Shown here: positions 7,666 through 14,590 of the stretch, piece by piece
Layout: every line of letters starts with the position of its first letter
Position numbering within the stretch: position 1 is the stretch's first letter
Assembly (NCBI GenBank): GCA_913020725.1
Contig: CAJWCD010000093.1
Location: forward strand, 1-14,590
Direction: 5' to 3'
DNA from: an uncultured Pseudomonadota bacterium
GTDB lineage: Bacteria; SAR324; NAC60-12
Length of the DNA: 14,590 nucleotides
Notes under the pieces: generated by a model
Databases searched by the model: none
What the model was told of the DNA's origin: nothing
Seen by the model: the letters and a program-made list of their open reading frames with translations, nothing else
Program-made: the position numbers and the translations under genes

Positions 7666-7965
7666 ATGGAAGCCGAAGAAAAAGGGGTTTACATCTACGC
7701 GAATGTGCTGGATCTCAATCAGGACGGCAAGGTGGACATGATCTCCTTTGTCGATCCCAAGGGGCGCGGTATTGCAGTGGCGGTGGACCGCTACCACGAT
7801 GGCACAATGGACCACATCCATGTGTTTCAGGATGTGACCGGCGACGGCAAGCTCGACATAGAGGACACGAAACTCATCCATCGCGAAGCTGCCAAGCTGT
7901 TCAAGCAAACCGATCTCGCGGAAGGCCAGATTGAACTCTTCATCGAGGACGCCGGTTACGGTTGA
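7666..7965 (+). CDS. Small acidic protein with three DxxxDG (EF-hand/dockerin-like) putative Ca2+-binding loops
   Basis: DLNQDGKVD, DRYHDGTMD and DVTGDGKLDIED within 99 aa. Starts 22 nt after the bestrophin fusion on the same strand. No signal peptide is seen. Confidence 0.8.
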   Translation: MEAEEKGVYIYANVLDLNQDGKVDMISFVDPKGRGIAVAVDRYHDGTMDHIHVFQDVTGDGKLDIEDTKLIHREAAKLFKQTDLAEGQIELFIEDAGYG

Positions 7966-7977
7966 GCTTGGAACGGA

Positions 7978-8370
7978 TCAATCGATGATGAGGGAGAAGC
8001 GAACTTTCGGGCGGTCGCTTGCGGGCCCAACATGGCAGCCGTCCGGAGGTGTGTAACGGGGGCGGGCCTGACAGGTGGTCGCCTGATGGTGATGGTACTC
8101 CAGAGTCTGGGTGGTCCGAGCCAGTGCGGCATCGACCCGCACGTTGGTGCGGCGGCGGTAGGCGCGGTCACAGGCGAGAACCTCCTGCGCCCGTGTGAGG
8201 TGCCGACACGCAGCATGTTCCGGAATGCGCTCGTACACCAGCATCTCCTGCTGCGTTTTCTGACAACCAGAAAACAACAGCAGCCCCAACCCCAGCCCCA
8301 CACTCTTACTCCAATTCCAGCACAAAACACCTGCAGAGTGATGCTCCGCGCTTACTGAATTTTCACGCAT
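7978..8370 (-). CDS. Putative small lipoprotein
   Basis: KSVGLGLGLLLFSG-C is lipobox-like (Cys codon at 8265-8263), followed by about 95 aa with four more Cys. The start is uncertain (ATG8370 or TTG8325). It fills the gap between neighbouring genes without overlapping 7666..7965. Confidence 0.55.
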   Translation of the reverse strand: MRENSVSAEHHSAGVLCWNWSKSVGLGLGLLLFSGCQKTQQEMLVYERIPEHAACRHLTRAQEVLACDRAYRRRTNVRVDAALARTTQTLEYHHHQATTCQARPRYTPPDGCHVGPASDRPKVRFSLIID

Positions 8371-8593
8371 GGGACAAGACAATCTGGATGTGATCCTCCA
8401 CAACATGGAGCGCAAGCCGGAGGACTGGCACCTGGATGACTTCCGGGCGCGACACCAAGGGGGAGTGAGCATTTGGCTGGGAGGGGGCATCTTGGGGTAC
8501 CATATTGAAAAGCCGCAATATCAGGAGTTTGGGTTGCGGGATCGCTTTCGACTGCACAAGCACATCAAAGCCCTCCGCGCACGGCAGTCCTGA
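8369..8593 (+). CDS. Hypothetical protein (74 aa)
   Basis: Protein-like composition and GC3-rich codons. It ends directly against the stop of the convergent FGE-domain gene. No family recognised. Confidence 0.6.
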   Translation: MGQDNLDVILHNMERKPEDWHLDDFRARHQGGVSIWLGGGILGYHIEKPQYQEFGLRDRFRLHKHIKALRARQS

Positions 8594-10021
8594 TCACTCC
8601 GGACGCTGATCGGACGCGCAGCGGAAGCCAATGTCCGCAGCGGTTTGGGCAGGAGAGGCGTCGTCGCGTGAGGCCGAGCGCAACTGCTCCGGGCCATCTT
8701 TCCACGAACCTCCGCGCAACACCCGATACTTGCCCTGCTGCGGACCCAAAGGATCGGGAGCAGGGTTCGAGGCATACGATTCGTACCAGTCCCAAACCCA
8801 CTCGCGGGCGTTGCCGTGCATGTCGAAAAGCTCCAGCGGGCTAGGCATCAACTCTGCTACAGGACGGGTGGTCGTGGCGTTCTTGCGATACCAGCCATAG
8901 TCCATCAAGAAGGCCGGGTCATCCCCGAAGGAGTAAAGCTTCTCATCACCGGCACGGGCGGCTTTTTCCCATTCGGCTTCGGAGGGCAGGCGCTTGCCCA
9001 AGGCATTGCAGAAGTAGCGGGCGGCAAACCACGAAACGTGGGTCACGGGCTGCCATTCCTGACCAAACTGCGGTTGCAGGTCGTCCTCCCAGTGGGCAAG
9101 GTAGTGTCCGTTGTGGAACTTGCGGGGAAAGGTGCTTTTACGTAAAATCGGCTCGGCGGCAGCCATTTTCAGGAAATCGTAGTTCGTGACCTCGCAGCGA
9201 TCAATCCAAAACTCCTTCACGAGAACATTGCGCACGGGGCGTTCGTCCGCCTCTCCGGATTCGGAACCCATCCGGAACGGACCTTCCGGCACAAAGACCA
9301 TGCCACCCGTCACCTCGTGTGCAGAACCCTTGGGCGGCAGGGTGCATCTCGATTCCAACTCATCCACAAAATCGAGCGGCAGCGTCGCTTCCTCTGGAAA
9401 CAGCTTCTTCTCCAAGCTGGCCAGCAGGGCATGGTAGAGCTTGAGCAGTTCGGGGTCCAGTGACGTGACACGCACCAGCAACCCCCGCTCGTCCCGCCCG
9501 CAACGGTACTTGTCCTTGAGGCAACGTAGTTTCTGGCGAATCCACACCCGGATCGCATCCCGCGCATTGTGCCGCTCGATTTCCCGGATCAGGAAGGGTT
9601 CAGTCTCATAGTAGATGGATTCAAACACCTTCGGAAGCATGAGCTGCTGCTTGGCGAGGTCCACCAACTCATCGTAGCGTCGACAGAATCCGATTTGATT
9701 TTCTGGAACCTCCGATCCAAAGGCCCGGTGCCGTGAGCAGGCTTTGGTTTCAGATTTGTTGTTAATGCCGAGCTTGGACTGGAAGATGCGGTAGCGCAGT
9801 TCGTAAATCTCATGAACCATCGGGTAACGCTCGCCTTTGAGGACGTAGCCCACAAACTCCTTGACCGTCTGCTCCCGGAACTCCTTGGCGAGGTTGGCAA
9901 AGGTCCGAGTGGCACCCCACGCAATCAGGGCGGCCCCCAACAGTCCAAAGACACTGAGCAGCAGGGTGCGCTTGGAAGTGCGTAGCAGGTGGTGCAAAGA
10001 AGCCAATGTTAGAGATTTCAT
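8594..10021 (-). CDS. Membrane-anchored formylglycine-generating-enzyme (SUMF1/FGE-sulfatase) domain protein
   Basis: N-terminal hydrophobic helix. C-terminal FGE motifs GPFRMGS, EVTN, PVTHVSWFAARYFC, RLPSEAEWEKAAR, LFDMHGNAREW, RVLRGGSW and IGFRCA. Confidence 0.9.
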   Translation of the reverse strand: MKSLTLASLHHLLRTSKRTLLLSVFGLLGAALIAWGATRTFANLAKEFREQTVKEFVGYVLKGERYPMVHEIYELRYRIFQSKLGINNKSETKACSRHRAFGSEVPENQIGFCRRYDELVDLAKQQLMLPKVFESIYYETEPFLIREIERHNARDAIRVWIRQKLRCLKDKYRCGRDERGLLVRVTSLDPELLKLYHALLASLEKKLFPEEATLPLDFVDELESRCTLPPKGSAHEVTGGMVFVPEGPFRMGSESGEADERPVRNVLVKEFWIDRCEVTNYDFLKMAAAEPILRKSTFPRKFHNGHYLAHWEDDLQPQFGQEWQPVTHVSWFAARYFCNALGKRLPSEAEWEKAARAGDEKLYSFGDDPAFLMDYGWYRKNATTTRPVAELMPSPLELFDMHGNAREWVWDWYESYASNPAPDPLGPQQGKYRVLRGGSWKDGPEQLRSASRDDASPAQTAADIGFRCASDQRPE

Positions 10022-10123
10022 CTCGAAGATTTCATGCCGACTTGAAAGGAAGTGACTCTCCCATAAGAACGGTGTAGAGTCAAAGCAAAGGACATTCCAT
10101 TCATTGACCCCACACCTTCACTG

Positions 10124-11446
10124 ATGTTTCGCTTCTTCAAAGATACGTCCGGATGGCTACCGAATTATCTACGGTTTCGGCTGAAGACGCCTTTTCCAGA
10201 CCTTGCAGATCAACAAACTCCGCCGGAAATGCCCCCGACGCGGGAGTGGTTGGACGAACGCCTCTGTCCGCTCGTGCAAGGTAACGGACTTTTCCTTGGT
10301 TGCCCAGCAGTTGACGAGGAATCTCGCCGCCGGGTGCGCAAGCTCCAGTTTCCAGACCAGCAGGGCGGAACACTTTTCCTCTACCTGGACACGCTGGGAA
10401 CCCTCAGTTTTTCTGAGGAACTGCTGCTGCATACACAGCCGGGACCGTATGCGGAACGGATGACTCGTTGGGTGCTGCGGCTTCTGCGTTTTCATCTGCC
10501 CAATCGGGAATTCCGGATTCCGGAAACCGTTGCCCTCGACCAACTGCTGGCCAGCAACGAGGTGCTGCTAGGCGCGCTACGCTTGCTGGAAGACGGTTTG
10601 TTGGAGCAGATTCCAGTCGCAGGCTACACTTTTCAGGATCGGCAGAACCTGTTCGTCTTTCCCCGACTCTACGCTTTTTTGGTGTGGTCCGATTCGATCC
10701 TCCGGGGCACAGAAACCCCGCTGACCGCGATTCACGCCACCGAAGCGGAGGTGAACGAGGACTGCCTGGTGGCCTTTGCCGCACTGATTTGGTCGGATGA
10801 GGTGCTGGCGGATGTGGAACGCGAGGTGCTGGGCAAATACCTACGCCAATCTGGACTCCCCAAAGCACGGCAGGCGGAACTTGAAAAACAGTTGTTTGAG
10901 CCGCTGACTCCGGAAACCCTGCAACTACGACTGGAACCTCCCATCTTGCGACGCTTCCTGTTGGAGCAACTCGTCCTGCTCGCTCTGATCGACGCGCAAG
11001 AGGCGTGGCAGGAACAAGTGCTAATCGCACACATCGCGCAGCGACTGGATGTGACTCCGGACACGTTGGAGGCAATCTATGCCTCCGTAGGCGTGTTCTA
11101 TGCTGAGTACGGTGAACGCTTCAGTTTCCTGCGGGATAATCCGGCGCTGCGGCAGCTCAAGGATTTCTCGAGCGATCTGATCACCCGACGGGTCAAGAAA
11201 AACCTCGATCGCGTGATGCAGGAAATCCAGGAAACCCGAGAGCTCTACGATCTGCTCATGAAGACGACCACCACAAAGCTCTCTGTCGCAGAAAAGCAAA
11301 AAGTGCAGGAGCAACTGCTCGATATCGCCAAGACAATCCCGGCTCTGGCGATTTTTGTGCTTCCCGGAGGCGGGTTGTTGTTGCCCATTCTCATCAAGAT
11401 CCTGCCCTTCAATCTGCTCCCCAGTTCCTTTCACGAAGAAACCTGA
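10124..11446 (+). CDS. TerB-like plus LETM1-like domain protein
   Basis: TerB-like helices LIWSDEVLADVEREVL...LALIDAQEAWQEQVLIAHIAQRL. The C-terminal LLDIAKTIPALAIFVLPGGGLLLPILIKILPFNLLPSSF resembles the proline-rich LETM1 membrane segment that ends in LPSTF. Confidence 0.75.
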   Translation: MFRFFKDTSGWLPNYLRFRLKTPFPDLADQQTPPEMPPTREWLDERLCPLVQGNGLFLGCPAVDEESRRRVRKLQFPDQQGGTLFLYLDTLGTLSFSEELLLHTQPGPYAERMTRWVLRLLRFHLPNREFRIPETVALDQLLASNEVLLGALRLLEDGLLEQIPVAGYTFQDRQNLFVFPRLYAFLVWSDSILRGTETPLTAIHATEAEVNEDCLVAFAALIWSDEVLADVEREVLGKYLRQSGLPKARQAELEKQLFEPLTPETLQLRLEPPILRRFLLEQLVLLALIDAQEAWQEQVLIAHIAQRLDVTPDTLEAIYASVGVFYAEYGERFSFLRDNPALRQLKDFSSDLITRRVKKNLDRVMQEIQETRELYDLLMKTTTTKLSVAEKQKVQEQLLDIAKTIPALAIFVLPGGGLLLPILIKILPFNLLPSSFHEET

Positions 11447-11451
11447 CCCAA

Positions 11452-12744
11452 ATGCCCACCTGTTGCGCTCAATGGTTCTACAACCTTGTGCTGCTCCCGC
11501 TGCTGCGTCTGGCGGTGCGCGTGAAAGCCCGCAAGGACTGCAAGCTTCGTGAAGGACTGGAACGGCGGCGTGAAGTGTGGAAACGCCTTGGAAATTCACT
11601 GGGTGATCGTGACTGGCAAAAACCACTACTCTGGTTTCATGTGGCCAGTGCAGGAGAGCTTTTGCAGGCGCAGCCTGTGATTTCTCGATGCGTCGCCGAG
11701 GGCTGGCAGTGCGTGCTCACCTACAGTTCCATCAACGCGCTGCGTTGGGTGGAACGCCTCGGCGGGGTTCCGGAGGTGCTCGCAGTGGATTTTCTGCCCG
11801 AGGACACGAGTTTCAACGTCCGGCGTTTGTTGGGCTTGATTCAGCCTTCTGGAATTGTGCATGTCAGCTACGATCTCTGGCCTAACCTGATCTGGGAAGC
11901 CCAGCGGCAAGGCATTCCCCAAGGCTTGATTTCCGCGCTTGTCCATGCAGGATCAGCCCGCGAAGCCAAGGGAGTCGGACGCGCCTTGTACCGCAGCCTC
12001 TACGAAGCTCTGGAGTTCATCGGTGCCGTTGCCGAAGCTGATCGTGCCAGAATTCTGCGCAGTGCCCCGCAGCATCCGGAGGTTTTCGTGATGGGCGACA
12101 CGCGTTGTGACAGTGTGCTGGAACGGCGGGATCACTTGCCTCCCCCGAATTTTCAGGAAGCCGCTTCCGGGAAATTCATCTTGGTCGCAGGCAGCACCTG
12201 GCCTCCTGACGAGCAGTGCCTCTCGCAGGGACTGAAATCCGCGTTGTCCGACCATCCGGATCTGTTTGTGATCCTCGCCCCGCATGAGCCGACAGAACCA
12301 CACCTGCAAGCCATTGCAACGGGGTTTGCTGAATTTCAGCCGCAGCGTTGGACTCAACGCCAAGACGCCATCCCACAAACCCGGATGCTGATTGTGGATC
12401 AGGTCGGTCTGCTGGCCGGACTCTACCGAGGCGCAGATTTGGCCTATGTCGGCGGTGCATTTACGACGGGTGTTCACAACACACTCGAACCTGCGGCGTT
12501 GGGACTTCCGGTGATTTTCGGCCCTCGTCACGACAACTCGCACGAAGCCCTGAGCATGGTTGAGCGTGGGCTGGCGTTCACGGTGCAAACCCCGAATTCG
12601 TTTGACACCGTGCTGAAGGATTTGCTGAACGACCGCAAGCGTTGTCAGGAATTGGGGGCGCAAGCACGGGAATTTGTGGAAGCTCAGGCTGGGGCATCCG
12701 CACAAGCAACGCAGCGCATCGGTCAGTGGCTACCGACCTCCTGA
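11452..12744 (+). CDS. waaA: 3-deoxy-D-manno-octulosonic acid (Kdo) transferase
   Basis: LWFHVASAGE, DLWPNLI, GDTRCD, VAGSTW, ILAPHEP, AYVGGAF...HNTLEPAALGLPVIFGP and GASAQ, typical of the WaaA/KdtA family. Confidence 0.88.
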   Translation: MPTCCAQWFYNLVLLPLLRLAVRVKARKDCKLREGLERRREVWKRLGNSLGDRDWQKPLLWFHVASAGELLQAQPVISRCVAEGWQCVLTYSSINALRWVERLGGVPEVLAVDFLPEDTSFNVRRLLGLIQPSGIVHVSYDLWPNLIWEAQRQGIPQGLISALVHAGSAREAKGVGRALYRSLYEALEFIGAVAEADRARILRSAPQHPEVFVMGDTRCDSVLERRDHLPPPNFQEAASGKFILVAGSTWPPDEQCLSQGLKSALSDHPDLFVILAPHEPTEPHLQAIATGFAEFQPQRWTQRQDAIPQTRMLIVDQVGLLAGLYRGADLAYVGGAFTTGVHNTLEPAALGLPVIFGPRHDNSHEALSMVERGLAFTVQTPNSFDTVLKDLLNDRKRCQELGAQAREFVEAQAGASAQATQRIGQWLPTS

Positions 12745-13595
12745 ACCATCGGTTCGTGGACACGTCGGCCCAGCACCCACGCGATCACCTGCTGTGTCCC
12801 CTGCGCTTGCAAGGTGCGGGCACAGGCGTTGAGGGTGGAACCCGTGGTCATCACATCGTCTACCACGATGACCGTGCAGCCTCGAACTTCCGAAGCCGCA
12901 GCGAAGGCGTTTTCCGGATTACGCAGGCGCTCCTCCAAGGGCAATTCCGTTTGCGGCGGCGTGTCGCGGATACGGCGTAACCACTCCGGACGCACCTCCG
13001 GTTTCGGATCCGGAAGATTGTTGCGCAAGTGATGAGTAAGCAGCAGTGCCTGATTGAAACCGCGCTTGCGAATGCGGTTGGGGTGCAAGGGGACCGGGAT
13101 CAGCACGATATTCGGGGGCAACGGAGGCCGTTGCTGTTGGGCAAGCACCATCAGTCGTCCGAGCAACGGACCCAGCCAGTCCTGCCTTCCAAACTTGCAC
13201 CGCAAGACCCACTCGCGCACGATGCCTTCGTAGCGTAGATCGGCAATGGTTTGGTGGAGTGACCAATTGGAATCGAAGCACTGCGGACACCCCTGACGCA
13301 TGGGTTCCGCCGTCAAATTTCCACAGCGCTGGCAAGAGAATGCTGGAACCAACCACGGCAAGCGTCTTAAACACTCCGGACACAAAAATGGAGTTCCAGC
13401 CTCAGCGTAGGCATTGGCTGGAATTAGCACTCGACAGTCGTGGCAAGTTGGCGGCAAAAGCTGTTGCAACCACTGCTTGATCCGGGAGGGCGGCTGGGGA
13501 TGCTGCCACGTCCGCTTAGCTGTGCCTCCGGAAATTCCCTCGGTCTTCAACTCTATCTCGAAATCCAGCCCCTCTCCGTCTTGCATGTCCTGCAT
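12723..13595 (-). CDS. comF: ComF-family protein (double zinc ribbon plus phosphoribosyltransferase domain)
   Basis: Four CxxC motifs (CHDC, CPEC, CQRC, CPQC), PVPLHPNRIRKRGFNQA and VVDDVMTTGST. The start is probably ATG13595 (or 13586). The 3' end overlaps waaA by 22 nt. Confidence 0.9.
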   Translation of the reverse strand: MQDMQDGEGLDFEIELKTEGISGGTAKRTWQHPQPPSRIKQWLQQLLPPTCHDCRVLIPANAYAEAGTPFLCPECLRRLPWLVPAFSCQRCGNLTAEPMRQGCPQCFDSNWSLHQTIADLRYEGIVREWVLRCKFGRQDWLGPLLGRLMVLAQQQRPPLPPNIVLIPVPLHPNRIRKRGFNQALLLTHHLRNNLPDPKPEVRPEWLRRIRDTPPQTELPLEERLRNPENAFAAASEVRGCTVIVVDDVMTTGSTLNACARTLQAQGTQQVIAWVLGRRVHEPMVQEVGSH

Positions 13596-13690
13596 GTCCA
13601 CCCTTTTCTTTCGATTCGTTCCTGTGTGACTCCGGAAGTTGCCCCTCGACTCTTGAAACCAACAGCCTAGGGATTTCACCTCCGAATGGC

Positions 13691-13719
13691 TTGCAAAATC
13701 CGCCGGGGTTGGCTACGCT
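13691..13719 (+). promoter_or_regulatory. Putative sigma70 promoter for tRNA-Ser
   Basis: TTGCAA (13691-13696), 17 nt spacer, TACGCT (13714-13719), 12 nt before the mature tRNA. Confidence 0.65.
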
Positions 13720-13731
13720 AGTCTTTTTTGC

Positions 13732-13821
13732 GGAAAGGTGACCGAGTGGCCGAAGGTGCGTGACTGGAAATCACGTGTACGGGCAACCGTACCGAGGGTT
13801 CGAATCCCTCCCTTTCCGCCA
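13732..13821 (+). tRNA. tRNA-Ser (GGA)
   Basis: Acceptor stem GGAAAGG/CCTTTCC, discriminator G and encoded CCA. Anticodon arm CGTGA-CT-GGA-AA-TCACG, long variable arm GTACGG-GCAA-CCGTAC, and T-loop GTTCGAATC. Confidence 0.98.
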
Positions 13822-13962
13822 GAAACCCATCCAGAGTCCTCCAGAAAACAAGCCTCCAGATCTCCCAATGACTCGAATACAAGCTGTCATGTAATGAGGA
13901 TCACACCTCTTTGTGCCCCTTGACGGGCATGGTGAGGTGCTGGCCAAATCAAGGAGAGGTAT

Positions 13963-13993
13963 TTGCTTGTGCGGGAGTTCGGTGCTATAAAAT
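13963..13993 (+). promoter_or_regulatory. Putative sigma70 promoter for gltB
   Basis: TTGCTT (13963-13968), 17 nt spacer including an extended -10 TG (13983-13984), then TATAAAAT (13986-13993), about 45 nt before the gltB ATG. Confidence 0.5.
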
Positions 13994-14037
13994 CAAGTTG
14001 GCCGTAACTCCAAATCTGACAGATATCGAACTTGCAG

Positions 14038-14590
14038 ATGCGCTACCCTGAGCCGCAAGGCTTGTACCATCCTGACTTTGAGCACGACAGTTGCGGGGTT
14101 GGCTTTGTCGCCGACCTGCACAACCGTCGGTCGCACAAGATCATCCAGATGGCGCTACGGATGCTTTCCAACCTCAAGCACCGCGGGGCGTTGGGGGCGG
14201 ATCCGGAAACCGGGGATGGCGCGGGCCTGCTCATGCAAATCCCGCATCGCTTCTACCAGGAGGAGTGCGAAAAGCTGGGGTTCACGCTTCCGGAACCGGG
14301 GGAGTACGGAGTCGCCTCGCTCTTCTTGCCGCAGAAAAAGTCCGCACGACGGCACTGCGGGGTGTTGACCGAGAGCATGTTCGCCGAATCCGGACTGGCG
14401 GTGCTGGGCTGGCGCGATGTGCCGTGCGATTTGCGTTTCGTGGGCAAGCAAGCCGCCGAGTCGCGTCCGGAAATCCGCCAGCTTTTCATTGGCAAGGGCG
14501 AACTGACGCTGGATCAAACCCAGTTTGAACGCCAGCTTTACATCACCCGCAAGCGCATCCGTAACTCGCTCGCCGAGGAGGACCTCTTCA
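14038..14590 (+). CDS. gltB: Glutamate synthase large subunit, 5' part (runs off window)
   Basis: Not in the ORF track because there is no stop in the window. It reads MRYPEPQGLYHPDFEHDSCGVGFVADL...LSNLKHRGALGADPETGDGAGLLMQIP, the GltB propeptide and class II glutamine amidotransferase N-terminus. Confidence 0.97.
   Translation, partial: MRYPEPQGLYHPDFEHDSCGVGFVADLHNRRSHKIIQMALRMLSNLKHRGALGADPETGDGAGLLMQIPHRFYQEECEKLGFTLPEPGEYGVASLFLPQKKSARRHCGVLTESMFAESGLAVLGWRDVPCDLRFVGKQAAESRPEIRQLFIGKGELTLDQTQFERQLYITRKRIRNSLAEEDLF

Noticed and set aside
456..12744. Selenoneine-type (senABC) cluster suggested by selD, an FGE-domain gene and a glycosyltransferase
   Set aside because: The FGE protein has a TM anchor and no recognisable DinB-like HxxxH domain of EgtB/SenA. 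The glycosyltransferase has WaaA motifs. The genes are far apart and on different strands.
12723..12744. Convergent 22-nt overlap of waaA and comF
   Set aside because: Short tail-to-tail overlaps are common, and nothing here indicates a special function.
13732..13821. Possible tRNA-Sec, given selD and the long variable arm
   Set aside because: The anticodon is GGA, not TCA, and the acceptor stem is a normal 7 bp. It is an ordinary tRNA-Ser.
13822..13960. Possible integration site or att remnant after tRNA-Ser (TCCAGA repeated three times)
   Set aside because: There is no duplicate of the tRNA 3' end and no integrase in the window. Housekeeping gltB follows directly.

Overview
Bacterial (diderm, moderately GC-rich) chromosomal window. 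At the left end, a sigma70-type promoter on the minus strand drives an atypical SAM-clan (SAM-I or SAM-I/IV-like) riboswitch whose target gene lies at or beyond the window edge. Divergent from it is a selenocysteine-containing selD (in-frame UGA at 516-518 plus a SECIS-like hairpin; the ORF track misses its N-terminus). A co-oriented run follows: a membrane-anchored hypothetical, a pentapeptide-repeat K+-channel-type protein, an AhpD-like peroxidase-related protein, a CASTOR/POLLUX-like cation channel, a bestrophin-Sel1-TerB fusion and a small protein with three DxxxDG (EF-hand-like) loops. Next come a putative lipoprotein, a small ORF, an FGE-domain membrane protein, a TerB/LETM1-like protein, waaA, comF, tRNA-Ser(GGA) and the 5' end of gltB. 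The most striking items are (i) a candidate Ca2+-linked multi-channel module built from bacterial relatives of eukaryotic ion-signalling proteins and (ii) a SAM riboswitch that seems to combine SAM-I and SAM-IV peripheral elements. All family calls come from motif recognition by eye, with no database searches.
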